Shown here piece by piece: positions 1 to 7,814 of a stretch of DNA of 32,000 nucleotides (its first letter is position 1; every line of letters begins with the position of its first letter). This DNA is from Microcystis aeruginosa NIES-843. Lineage in GTDB: Bacteria; Cyanobacteriota; Cyanobacteriia; Cyanobacteriales; Microcystaceae. The stretch lies in assembly GCF_000010625.1 (NCBI RefSeq), contig NC_010296.1, positions 630,001-662,000 of the forward strand, written 5' to 3'. The position numbers were made by a program, and so were the translations under genes. The notes beneath the pieces are model-generated. The model did no database searches. It was given only the letters and a program-made list of their open reading frames with translations, and was not told the DNA's origin.

Positions 1-479
1 AACCCCGTTCAAGAAATTAGTCTAGATGGAGGAAAAGTGCGCTTAAGAACCGAAACTAAGGGAGAGGCTTGTATCTGGAAAGATTATCAAGCAATCTGTG
101 TTGATACTTTCCTAAGAAAAGCTTGGTTTGGAGAGAATGAATCGTTAATATATTGGGTTAATCAACAACCTTTATCTGACCCCCTTACCTGTTTGGGAGA
201 CGGACATCCCGGTATTGGGAAAATTGTGAAAAACTGGGATTGTCCAGGAGAAAAAAGAGAAATACTTGACTGGTTTCATTTGGTAGAAAATCTTCATAAA
301 GTCGGCGGTTCAGTGAAGAGATTGAAAAAAGCAGAAAGTTTATTATGGCAGGGCAAAATTGAGGAAACAATAGCATTAATCTCTCCTTTAAAAAACGAAC
401 GAGCTGAAAATTTCTGTCGTTATTTAGAGATTCATCGTCATCGAATTGTTAATTATAATTACTATCAACAAGAAGAGAT
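1..479 (+). pseudogene. ISKra4-like transposase, central fragment (reading frame open from window edge)
   Basis: Frame 1 is open from nt 1. 'SLDGGKVRLRT..IWKDY..CLGDGHPG..ILDWFHLVENLHKVGGS..HRHRIVNY' parallels ORFs 14428..14838 and 15770..16237. The homologous reading stops at 479, where foreign DNA begins. Confidence 0.7.
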
Positions 480-499
480 GGTTCTTCGTTACTTGGTAT

Positions 500-2664
500 C
501 CCACATTCCGCACCCTCAACTGTCACATAATACCAAATTTCTAAATCCATGACAGACATCCACGCTCGAATGCTTGCCAAGCCGGTGTTCGTTGTGACGC
601 GAATAAAGAAAAATGGTGTAAGCTGTCCCCCTCCAGAGACTTGAGTAAAAATACCTAGCTGGTGAAGGTTTTCTCGGTGGCCGCTAGGGGGGTCTTGAGA
701 CCCCTAATTATGAAAAAATAGGAATTGTTGGAAAACTGAGGCGAGTGGACTGTTCGACCATGAATCAATCAACAGAAATTGAAGTCAAAAATCTAGACCA
801 TCTGGGATTAGTAGCCGGAATTATCGATGAAATAGGAATCGTTGAAATTATCAACGAACAAGTCTCAATTGAGCGAGGAGAAATTGTCACAGCGGGGCAA
901 GTAGTGAAAGCAATTATCCTGAATGGATTGGGATTTGTCTCCCGAGCCTTGTATTTATTTCCTCAATTTTTTGAAGATAAAGCAACCGAACATCTGCTGG
1001 GAGAGGGCATCGAACCCAAGCACTTGAATGATGATAAAATTGGTCGAGTAATGGACAAACTTTATCAACTGGATGTTTCGGGTATTTTCCTACTCATCAG
1101 TTTAGCCGCCGTGAAAAAATTTGGTGTAGCAACCGAGAACTCCCATTTAGATTCGACTTCTCTATCAGTAGAAGGAGAATATAAAAAGGAATACCCAACA
1201 GTAGAAATCCTGAAATCAGGAGCAGTGGGAGAAGAAATTGAAACCAGACAACAGCCAATAAAAATTACCTACGGATACTCCCGCGACCGAAGACCTGACT
1301 TAAAACAATTTATGATTGACTTAATCGTAAGTGGGGATGGAGATGTACCTTTATTCCTGAAAGTAGGGGACGGAAATGAAGCGGACAAAGCGGTTTTTGG
1401 TCAAATCGCCCGAGAATTTAAAAAACAAGTTGACTTTGACAGTTTAATAGTCGGCGATAGCGCCCTCTATAGCAAAGAGAATTTAAAACTAATGAAAGAA
1501 ATGCGTTGGTTGTCTCGAGTACCATTAAGCATTAAAGAGGCTCAAGAGTTGGTTGATAGCATCTCAGAAAAAGAGTTAACCGATTCAGAAATACCGGGTT
1601 ATTCCTGGCGGGAAACCATCTCTAACTATGGGGGGATAGAACAAAGATGGTTGCTAGTTGAAAGTCAAGCTAGACAAGAATCAGACTTGAAAAAATTAGA
1701 GAAAAAAATCGAGCAGGAAAAGAATTCTGCCCAAGAAAAAATCCGGCAACTATCCCGAAGAGAATTTGAGAATAGAGCGGTGGCGTTGGCGATAGCCAAA
1801 GGATTATCTGACTCCTTAAAATCTCATCAGTTAACGGAGATTAAAGTCAATCTCATTCCGCCTGAGTCCCAGGGGTCAAAACTCAAATCAAAAGACGATT
1901 TACCCTCTCAAAGCTATCAAGTTCAAGCCGAATTAGAGTTGAATTTGACCGCCATTGAGAGGCTAAAGAAACGAGCAGGACGATTCGTTTTAGCAACTAA
2001 CGATTTGGAGAAACAACGATTAAGCAGTGAGGATATACTCAAAAAATATAAAGGGCAACAAGCTCCGGAAAGAGGATTTTCTTTTCTCAAAGACCCCTGC
2101 TTTTTTGCCCACAGTGTCTTTCTCAAATCTCCCCATAGAATCGAGGTCATGGCCATGCTCATGGGCTTGTGCCTGCTGGTTTATACTATTGGTCAAAGAC
2201 AACTTCGTTTAAGTTTAAAACAGCAGGAGACGGGACTGAAAAATCCGTTGGGTAAGTTAACTGACCGACCGACGTTACGCTGGATATTTCAGGGCTTTCA
2301 AGGGATTCATCTCGTCCGTATTCAAGACAATCAAAAGATTAGCAACTTAACGGATGAGAGGCGCAACATTTTGAGATTTTTTCCCAAACCTTGCCAGGAA
2401 TATTATCTCTTATCTTGACCAGATGGATTGACTTCAAGGGGTGACAAAACAAAGCGAGCAACTGGAACATCTCCCCCTAGATGTTAAGTCTGATTGCCTA
2501 GTCATTCTCAACAAGCACTGTTTATTGAGAATGACCGGGGGAACTCTGAAATTTTCGGCTTAGTTGCCGGCAGCTTGCCGCCAACTCACTCCTCTAGATA
2601 AGTATTTTGACTCACGCCCCTTCCTCTTTTGAGACGTTGTGACACTTAGGGTGCGGAATGTGGG
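500..2664 (+). mobile_element. IS1634-family (IS4 superfamily) insertion sequence
   Basis: Terminal inverted repeats 'cccacattccgcaccct' (500..516) and its reverse complement (2648..2664), extending imperfectly to about 26 bp. Flanked by a 7-bp direct repeat 'ttggtat' (493..499 and 2665..2671). Encodes one long transposase. Confidence 0.7.
745..2418 (+). CDS. IS1634-family DDE transposase
   Basis: 557-aa ORF. The N-terminus 'VKNLDHLGLVAGIIDEIGIVEIINE' is typical of the DUF4277 + IS1634 transposase architecture. The true start may be Met6 (nt 760). Confidence 0.85.
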   Translation: MDCSTMNQSTEIEVKNLDHLGLVAGIIDEIGIVEIINEQVSIERGEIVTAGQVVKAIILNGLGFVSRALYLFPQFFEDKATEHLLGEGIEPKHLNDDKIGRVMDKLYQLDVSGIFLLISLAAVKKFGVATENSHLDSTSLSVEGEYKKEYPTVEILKSGAVGEEIETRQQPIKITYGYSRDRRPDLKQFMIDLIVSGDGDVPLFLKVGDGNEADKAVFGQIAREFKKQVDFDSLIVGDSALYSKENLKLMKEMRWLSRVPLSIKEAQELVDSISEKELTDSEIPGYSWRETISNYGGIEQRWLLVESQARQESDLKKLEKKIEQEKNSAQEKIRQLSRREFENRAVALAIAKGLSDSLKSHQLTEIKVNLIPPESQGSKLKSKDDLPSQSYQVQAELELNLTAIERLKKRAGRFVLATNDLEKQRLSSEDILKKYKGQQAPERGFSFLKDPCFFAHSVFLKSPHRIEVMAMLMGLCLLVYTIGQRQLRLSLKQQETGLKNPLGKLTDRPTLRWIFQGFQGIHLVRIQDNQKISNLTDERRNILRFFPKPCQEYYLLS

Positions 2665-2839
2665 TTGGTATGGTTCGATCAGGGGGCATAAATAGGCTAA
2701 ATCCTTATCTGGCAAGAGACTTAATTGATTAGCTCGTTCTAGATTGAAAACAATTGGCAAAAATCGAAGCAATGTCTTTCTATATAAGGGTTTCATCCCT
2801 TATAACTCCCGTCCATTGCATAACACAAACCGAAGAACC

Positions 2840-2989
2840 GAAGAGATTTGCTCTATTGCTTCGGGAGCCGTTGAATCCACGGTTAAACAGATTGACCGAC
2901 GACTGAAAATTTCTGGAGCCCAGTGGAATGAAGAAAATATCCCTCAAGTGCTTAAACACCGCTGTGCTTACCTAAATAACAGTCTTTAG
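2840..2989 (+). pseudogene. ISKra4-like transposase, C-terminal fragment
   Basis: 'EEICSIASGAVESTVKQIDRRLKISGAQWNEENIPQVLKHRCAYLNNSL' matches the C-terminus of ORF 15770..16237. Deleting 480..2847 joins it in frame to 1..479, giving ..NYNYYQQEE|ICSIASG... Confidence 0.7.
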
Positions 2990-3041
2990 CTATTGAATAG
3001 TATTTATGTTCTGACAAAACTGACTTGCTCCCAGAGAGCAC

Positions 3042-3619
3042 CGCCTAAATCAGTCCCTGCCAGATTGCCCCCTTGCCGATTAGAATTATGTAAACGAGCG
3101 AGGCAAAATTTAGCATTAATTAGGGCTTGCTGAAAAAGTAGGGGCGAAGCATTCGGGCAATAACCTATCGCTGAAACCGTAGATTTCCTATCCGAATGCT
3201 TCGCCCCTAAAGGACGCAATCGCCGATGCAGATGCAAGGTTTTGAACCAAGATTCTCTCAAAACCTTGGACATATTTCGCACAAAAAAGCGACAGAACCC
3301 TTACCTCGTCTATATTTAACATTTATTCAGTAAGCCCTAATTAAAGTGGTATATTGTCAATTAATATAACCGAGATTAGCATGATCAACAAGGGCATTTT
3401 CTAGATTAGCATATTTTAAATTTGCCCCTTGAAAATTAGCTGCAATTAATCGACTATTTTTCAGGATAGAATGACTAAGATTAGCTCCCGTTAAGTTGGC
3501 ACCATCGATTAAAGCTCCTTCTAAGTTTGCCCCTTGCAGATTAGCCCCTTGTAGATCGGCACCGCATAAATACACTTTTTCTAAATTGGCTCCTTCTAGA
3601 TTAGCTCCTTTTAAATCGG
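3042..3619 (-). pseudogene. Pentapeptide-repeat protein gene remnant (truncated at both ends, MITE inside, in-frame TGA)
   Basis: A(D/N)LxG-type repeats ('GANLEGANLEK..GADLQGANLQGANLEGALIDGANLTGANL') run up to the MITE edge at 3620. 'AKFCLARLHNSNRQGGNLAGTDLGGA' runs up to the IS end at 3041. Removing 3123..3343 (221 nt) puts both parts in one frame, separated only by the TGA at 3357..3359. Confidence 0.55.
3123..3337. mobile_element. MITE with IS5/IS1182-type termini (non-autonomous relative of the IS at 20455..22136)
   Basis: Ends are 'gggcttgctgaaaaagt' and the reverse complement of 'gggcttactgaataaatg'. 6-bp direct repeat 'taatta' (3117..3122 and 3338..3343). Internal 16-bp perfect stem 'ggggcgaagcattcgg' (3141..3156) / 'ccgaatgcttcgcccc' (3192..3207). 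Confidence 0.65.
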
Positions 3620-3812
3620 CCGGGAGCATCTCACTTACGCGATAAGTAATTATACTTAGCCTAAAAGCCACTCTTAATCGTGTCTTGGAACGAAATAGAG
3701 GCTTTTAAAGACTGCGTACATGGAGAATTAAAACAAGAATTACCCTCGAAAAGCCTATTTTTCCACTAAGTATTTATGCTCATTGCAAAGGTGAGATGCT
3801 CCCACTGATCAC
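3620..3812. mobile_element. ~190-bp MITE derived from the ISKra4-like IS (both IS ends, no transposase)
   Basis: The left ~40 nt ('gggagcatctcacttacgcgataagtaattatacttag') aligns with the IS left end at 14080..14118. The right ~45 nt ('tatttatgctcattgcaaaggtgagatgctcccactgatcac') aligns with the IS right end at 16262..16301. Confidence 0.6.
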
Positions 3813-4408
3813 ACGATCATACTCAGAAGGCTTAGGAATAGCATATTCTCTTTCTTTATCAGAAGAAAATAGCTTAACAGAGCAAAAACTAACCATAACA
3901 ACTTATAGGAGAAAAAAATCCCCATCATTCCCAGTTGCCAATTTTCCAAAAATATTTTGAACACAGATACTTCTGAATGAGTTGCTAAGGCATTAGCCAT
4001 ACTTCCGCGTGTAGCAAACCAAATTAGAAGATAAAATAGGATGGCAAGTAAAGCTTGAAAAATTTCTTTTTTAGGAAAACAAAAAATAATTAGTGGCACA
4101 AGGGCAAATAGGCTAGATTCATGATTAAGTAAACAAAGAGCAATGACTGACATTCTTCCTTGACTACTCATGGGAATAATCGCCATTAAAAGGATTAAAA
4201 TAAAACTTATTTGATCCACATAACCAACCCAGATAAAATCAACCATTATATAGCTACTGGTAGCTAGGGATAAGTAGAATAAGAACTTCTGAGTTGGTGA
4301 TAGAGAAGATGCAGTCCACTGTTTTTGGGGATTATCAAGGTAACGAAAATATTTTCTAGCTTCAAAAAATATTAAAGTTATCCAGATAAGTAGGTAGGTG
4401 TTGACCAA
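3809..4408 (-). CDS. Hypothetical polytopic membrane protein (boundaries uncertain)
   Basis: 199-codon ORF, very hydrophobic, AT-rich. The track start is TTG with no Shine-Dalgarno sequence. The frame stays open upstream to a TAA at 4490..4492, and the last codon and stop lie in the MITE terminal repeat. It may be a fragment. Confidence 0.35.
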   Translation of the reverse strand: MVNTYLLIWITLIFFEARKYFRYLDNPQKQWTASSLSPTQKFLFYLSLATSSYIMVDFIWVGYVDQISFILILLMAIIPMSSQGRMSVIALCLLNHESSLFALVPLIIFCFPKKEIFQALLAILFYLLIWFATRGSMANALATHSEVSVFKIFLENWQLGMMGIFFSYKLLWLVFALLSYFLLIKKENMLFLSLLSMIV

Positions 4409-4484
4409 AGAGAAAATATAGTAAAGAAAAAAACCTCTGAATTGTAAAAAGTAAGCAATGAAAGGTTTTAAAATTCTGCGATAA

Positions 4485-4575
4485 TAAGCTTAGACGCACT
4501 TACATTGCACTTTAATATCCTGGAACGCCTTGTAGATAGGGATACGAGTAGGAAACTTAAATGCGTCTAAGCTTA
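4485..4575. repeat. 14-bp perfect inverted repeat bounding a ~63-nt spacer
   Basis: 'taagcttagacgca' (4485..4498) and 'tgcgtctaagctta' (4562..4575). Confidence 0.6.
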
Positions 4576-4725
4576 CCAGCCTGTATTTTCCAAAAAAGGG
4601 TCTCTAGTCATTCTGCCATATTCTATTCCCATTCCCGATAGCCCATATACATTTGAATTTAATCCTTCGGGATAAGAGTAAGGAAATAAGTACCTAAGCA
4701 AAATTAATTACACATTTCGATCAAG

Positions 4726-4754
4726 CTTTTGCCTTTTGCCTCTTGCCTTTTGCC
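4726..4754. repeat. Heptanucleotide tandem repeat (CTTTTGC)x4, one variant unit
   Basis: 'cttttgc cttttgc ctcttgc cttttgc', immediately 3' of the minus-strand ORF ending at 4754. Confidence 0.7.
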
Positions 4755-5185
4755 TATCCTAACCAAGAAATTAATTTTGCACGACTACTTACTAGCAGAG
4801 ACAAAATAATAAATATAATTAATGCCACGCAAGCTAAATATCTAATTTTTATCTTTTTCCAAACCGATTTAGAATTAAATAAATCGATAATTAATGGTGA
4901 TATTATTATCAAAAATGAGACAGAAAATAGTAACCCTTTCAGAGGAATTAAAATTTGATACAGGATAGTATTTTGCAGGGATGTTACATTCAGATATTCT
5001 TTGAAAATACTCAATAACTTAGTTAAAGCCCCTGATAATTTATCCTTAGGAGCATTAACTATACAATAGGAAATAATAATAGCACTCCACAGAAGTACAT
5101 TGCTTATGGCAACATTAGGAACATAAGTATTAAAAGATACGTACTTTCTGTACCTTTCCGATAAGGGGGCTGTGAAGATATTCAA
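4754..5185 (-). CDS. Hypothetical membrane protein
   Basis: 143-codon hydrophobic ORF. It has a TTG start preceded by a strong Shine-Dalgarno sequence (minus strand 'ccAGGAGGtaatattTTG', plus-strand coordinates about 5186..5203). Confidence 0.5.
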   Translation of the reverse strand: MNIFTAPLSERYRKYVSFNTYVPNVAISNVLLWSAIIISYCIVNAPKDKLSGALTKLLSIFKEYLNVTSLQNTILYQILIPLKGLLFSVSFLIIISPLIIDLFNSKSVWKKIKIRYLACVALIIFIILSLLVSSRAKLISWLG

Positions 5186-5485
5186 ATATTACCTCCTGGA
5201 TTTAAAACTATAAGGGTATATATAAACTCGATTTAAATCTGCTGTAAATTGCCCTAGAGCCTAATTTTATGAGTTCTGACAAGGAACGATGGTAGAAAAA
5301 ATAAATCGATAAACTGCGCTAGTATTTAGCCCCAAACCTCAAATCATTTTGCTTTTCCTCGTCTTATTTGTTATGAACTTATATATTTCCGTACATATTA
5401 TGTTCAATAGCACTGACAAAATATAAATTTTATTTCTGAATTGTAATCAGAGTCATCGAGATTGACAATGAGTATAAACACTTAA

Positions 5486-5803
5486 TTATTTCGGACTTAT
5501 GATTTTCTCCCCTTTCTCTGTTTCCTTTTTGGCTAAAATTGCCTGACGAAAACCTAAGACGACGAGAATATTGGAGAGGGTGAGGAAAAGTTCGGCGCTG
5601 CCGTGTAACCAATCGACGTTGGCTAATTCTTGACCATAGTGGATTTTGGCGTAGATACCGGCAGGAATGGTGATAAAAACGAAGATTAACAGCACATAAA
5701 AGCCAATTAGGGCTAAAAGAGGCATTTTTCCCGAACGAGTGACAAACCAAAGAAACCCCAGATAGGGAAACAGGGAAATGGCAAATAAACTCTCTTTATT
5801 CAT
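5486..5803 (-). CDS. Small membrane protein, DUF3593-like
   Basis: The likely start is the internal ATG at 5803 ('MNKESLFAISLFPYLGFLWFVTRSG..'), which overlaps the upstream stop in 'ATGAATAA'. The family is assigned from memory of the cyanobacterial ycf49/DUF3593 gene pair. Confidence 0.6.
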   Translation of the reverse strand: MNKESLFAISLFPYLGFLWFVTRSGKMPLLALIGFYVLLIFVFITIPAGIYAKIHYGQELANVDWLHGSAELFLTLSNILVVLGFRQAILAKKETEKGEKIISPK

Positions 5804-6107
5804 TGTTAACGCTAATTTTACTGGAACGCCACAGCCACCAACCGGCAGCACAGAGGGTAAAATTTCCTAAGACAGTCATGGCTGCCTGTAGGGTGACTAA
5901 CCAGGATAAGGCACTGATATTATCAAAAAAATGCCATGTACAGGCACACATGGCCCCAATTAAAGCGGGTAACATTCCCCAAGATAACATTCGCCACGAT
6001 CGATCGCTACTGATGTCGCCATAGGTCCAGACTAACCAGATTGCCGCTATCCATTCTACGACACTCGATACATGAACTATCCACGTCGGTATTGATAAAG
6101 CATTCAT
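5796..6107 (-). CDS. Ycf49-like membrane protein (DUF2499)
   Basis: 103 aa, 'MNALSIPTWIVHVSSVVEWIAAIWLVW..', with three or four predicted helices. The family call is from recollection of Ycf49 sequences. Confidence 0.6.
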   Translation of the reverse strand: MNALSIPTWIVHVSSVVEWIAAIWLVWTYGDISSDRSWRMLSWGMLPALIGAMCACTWHFFDNISALSWLVTLQAAMTVLGNFTLCAAGWWLWRSSKISVNNE

Positions 6108-6114
6108 TTTTTTA

Positions 6115-6167
6115 CAGTTATCAGTTATCAGTTATCAGTGGGTAAGTTATCAGTTATCAGTTATCAG
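6115..6167. repeat. Heptanucleotide tandem repeats (CAGTTAT)n in two blocks
   Basis: 'cagttat'x3+'cag' (6115..6138), spacer 'tgggta', then 'agttatc'x3+'ag' (6145..6167). A degenerate copy of the same motif lies at 9706..9737. Confidence 0.8.
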
Positions 6168-6184
6168 ATTTGAGTTCTTATCTC

Positions 6185-6228
6185 GTTCCCAGGTAGAACC
6201 TGGGAACCCTTTGTTCAGGTTCTACCTG
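6185..6228. repeat. Two overlapping, mutually exclusive inverted repeats
   Basis: Stem A is 'gttcccagg' (6185..6193) / 'cctgggaac' (6199..6207). Stem B is 'caggtagaacctg' (6190..6202) / 'caggttctacctg' (6216..6228). No U-tract follows on either strand. Confidence 0.6.
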
Positions 6229-6264
6229 AAGGATATTTTAATACAGAGCCTTAAATATTGTGTG

Positions 6265-7245
6265 TCAAGACAGAGCCTTGGCACAAGCAAAATTTTCTAG
6301 CCATTTAATCACCTGTTGACCTAAACTAACATTGTTTAATCGATCGATCTCGCGAATGCCGGTGGGACTGGTGACATTAACTTCCGTCAGATAGCCACCA
6401 ATCACATCCAATCCGACAAAATATAGGCCATCTTCTCGTAATTTTGGGGCTAAAGTGGCACAGATTTCTAATTCTTGATCGCTGATTTCTGTTTTTGCTA
6501 CTCGTCCACCCACGGCCATATTACCGCGAAATTCTGAACCGGTGGGAATGCGATTAACTGCCCCGATCGGTTCACCATTGAGGACAATAATGCGTTTATC
6601 TCCTTCTTTGGCAGCTGGTAAATAATCTTGAATCATTACCGGTTCTTGTCCCCATTTTGTGCTAATTTCAATCATTGAATTGAGATTGCGATCTTCGGGA
6701 CTAAGAAATAAAATTCCCTCCCCTGCTTTGCCACCCAAAGGTTTCATAACTGCCGCCCCTTTTTGGTTGACAAATTCCCTAATCGTCGCTTTATCTTGGG
6801 AAACAATTGTGGCGGGCATTACCTGAGCAAAGTGAATAGTATATAACTTTTCGTTGGCATGGCGTAAACCCCTAGTTGAGTTAATTACTTGGGTTTTTTG
6901 GGGGTCGATCAGGTCTAATAAATAGGTGGCATAAAGATAGGCAATTGTCACGGGTGGGTCTTTTCGCATCCAGACAAAATCGAAGTTTTCTAGGCAGGTA
7001 AAAACTGTCTCTTGTCTCTGATACCATTGAGATACAGCCTCCCAATGATTATCTTTTAACTCCACGGGAACCAGTTCAATTTTAGTTAGTTTTGCCCAAG
7101 CTTTTCCCGCAATCGCACTGAGATCAGTGATGGAAGTCATCCAGACTTCATGTCCTAATAATTGCGACGCTTCCATGATAGCTACACTGGTATCATGGCC
7201 CGGATCTAAATACTCGATCGGATCGATAATAAAGGCTAGTTTCAT
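6265..7245 (-). CDS. gshB: Glutathione synthetase (ATP-grasp)
   Basis: 326 aa. 'MKLAFIIDPIEYLDPGHDTS..' and 'MRKDPP..YLYATYLL..VINSTRGLRHANEKLY..MKPLGGKAGEGI' are typical of prokaryotic GshB. Confidence 0.9.
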   Translation of the reverse strand: MKLAFIIDPIEYLDPGHDTSVAIMEASQLLGHEVWMTSITDLSAIAGKAWAKLTKIELVPVELKDNHWEAVSQWYQRQETVFTCLENFDFVWMRKDPPVTIAYLYATYLLDLIDPQKTQVINSTRGLRHANEKLYTIHFAQVMPATIVSQDKATIREFVNQKGAAVMKPLGGKAGEGILFLSPEDRNLNSMIEISTKWGQEPVMIQDYLPAAKEGDKRIIVLNGEPIGAVNRIPTGSEFRGNMAVGGRVAKTEISDQELEICATLAPKLREDGLYFVGLDVIGGYLTEVNVTSPTGIREIDRLNNVSLGQQVIKWLENFACAKALS

Positions 7246-7260
7246 TAATAGTTTTTATCC

Positions 7261-7521
7261 TTAATTCTGCAACAGGGGAGCTAAACCACCACTTCTATCT
7301 AAAGCATAGATGTCATCGCAGCCCCCGATGTGTTGATCGTTTATAAAGATTTGTGGTACACTTGTACGACCATTAGCTCGATCGGACATTTTGGCCCGCG
7401 CTCTTTCATCACCATCGATACAATATTCGGTAAACTCCACCCCTTTTTTCTTGAGTAATGCCTTAGCGCGGATACAGAAAGGACAGGAACTCCAAGTATA
7501 GATCTCAACATTAGCGGCCAT
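7261..7521 (-). CDS. grxC: Glutaredoxin (Grx3-type, CPFC active site)
   Basis: 86 aa, 'VEIYTWSSCPFCIRAKALLKKKGVEF..TSVPQIFINDQHIGGCDD', located upstream of gshB on the same strand. Confidence 0.85.
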   Translation of the reverse strand: MAANVEIYTWSSCPFCIRAKALLKKKGVEFTEYCIDGDERARAKMSDRANGRTSVPQIFINDQHIGGCDDIYALDRSGGLAPLLQN

Positions 7522-7589
7522 AAAATTTATCTCCCTTCTTTACATATCTTAAATTTTAGCCGATAACCGAGCAGTGATCTTCCTTCAGG

Positions 7590-7703
7590 TCAGAAAACGC
7601 CAATTAGGGCGATTCCACTGATATATTGCTTGTATTTCCCATTCTTCACCGTTTTGAAAGCGAATACGGCAACTAACAGGGCGAGAATCATCCTCACTTT
7701 CAT
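7590..7703 (-). CDS. Possible 37-aa small hydrophobic protein (not in track)
   Basis: Hand translation gives ATG..TGA 'MKVRMILALLVAVFAFKTVKNGKYKQYISGIALIGVF'. There is no Shine-Dalgarno sequence and no homology evidence is available. Confidence 0.2.
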   Translation of the reverse strand: MKVRMILALLVAVFAFKTVKNGKYKQYISGIALIGVF

Positions 7704-7814
7704 TTACGGCGTTGTCAGATCAGAATAGGTAAAGATGCAATGCAATCCTTGCTATCAAAGTAATTTCAGTTCCGGTGCTGATTCGGAGCATCTTTCAATT
7801 TGACAACGCCTATT

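Larger units (their letters stand above)
480..2839. mobile_element. Composite insertion: ~188-bp MITE-like element (480..499 + 2672..2839) that itself carries an IS1634-like IS
   Basis: Flanked by a perfect 8-bp direct repeat 'gaagagat' (472..479 and 2840..2847). Short terminal inverted repeat: 'ggttcttcgtt' at 480 versus the reverse complement of 'accgaagaacc' ending at 2839. Excision restores the host transposase frame. Confidence 0.55.
1..3041 (+). mobile_element. ISKra4-like insertion sequence, copy 1 (left end off-window), disrupted by nested insertions
   Basis: The transposase fragments are paralogous to the copy at 14072..16301. The right end at 3001..3041 ('tatttatgttctgacaaaactgacttgctcccagagagcac') is a diverged version of the right terminal repeat at 16262..16301. 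The family name is from memory of protein motifs and is tentative. Confidence 0.6.

Noticed and set aside
1923-2796. Small ORFs inside the IS1634-like element (1923..2162, 2020..2202, 2027..2212, 2560..2796) and the leading part of 2744..2989
   Set aside because: They are antisense or alternate-frame within the transposase gene, or lie across element termini. Only the last ~50 codons of 2744..2989 are real transposase-fragment coding.
3004-3282. 92-aa ORF on the minus strand
   Set aside because: It spans the IS terminal repeat, a pentapeptide remnant and the MITE interior, so it is not a coherent gene.
4409-4753. Idea that ORFs 3809..4408 and 4754..5185 are one gene split by the repeat-bounded segment 4485..4575
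   Set aside because: Hand translation shows the downstream ORF's frame closes at a TAA inside the inverted repeat, and the 4576..4753 segment has stops in the required frame. No in-frame join results.
5430-6024. ORFs 5430..5750(-) and 5803..6024(+)
   Set aside because: They overlap the DUF3593-like and ycf49-like genes in alternative frames or on the other strand, and their composition is not protein-like.
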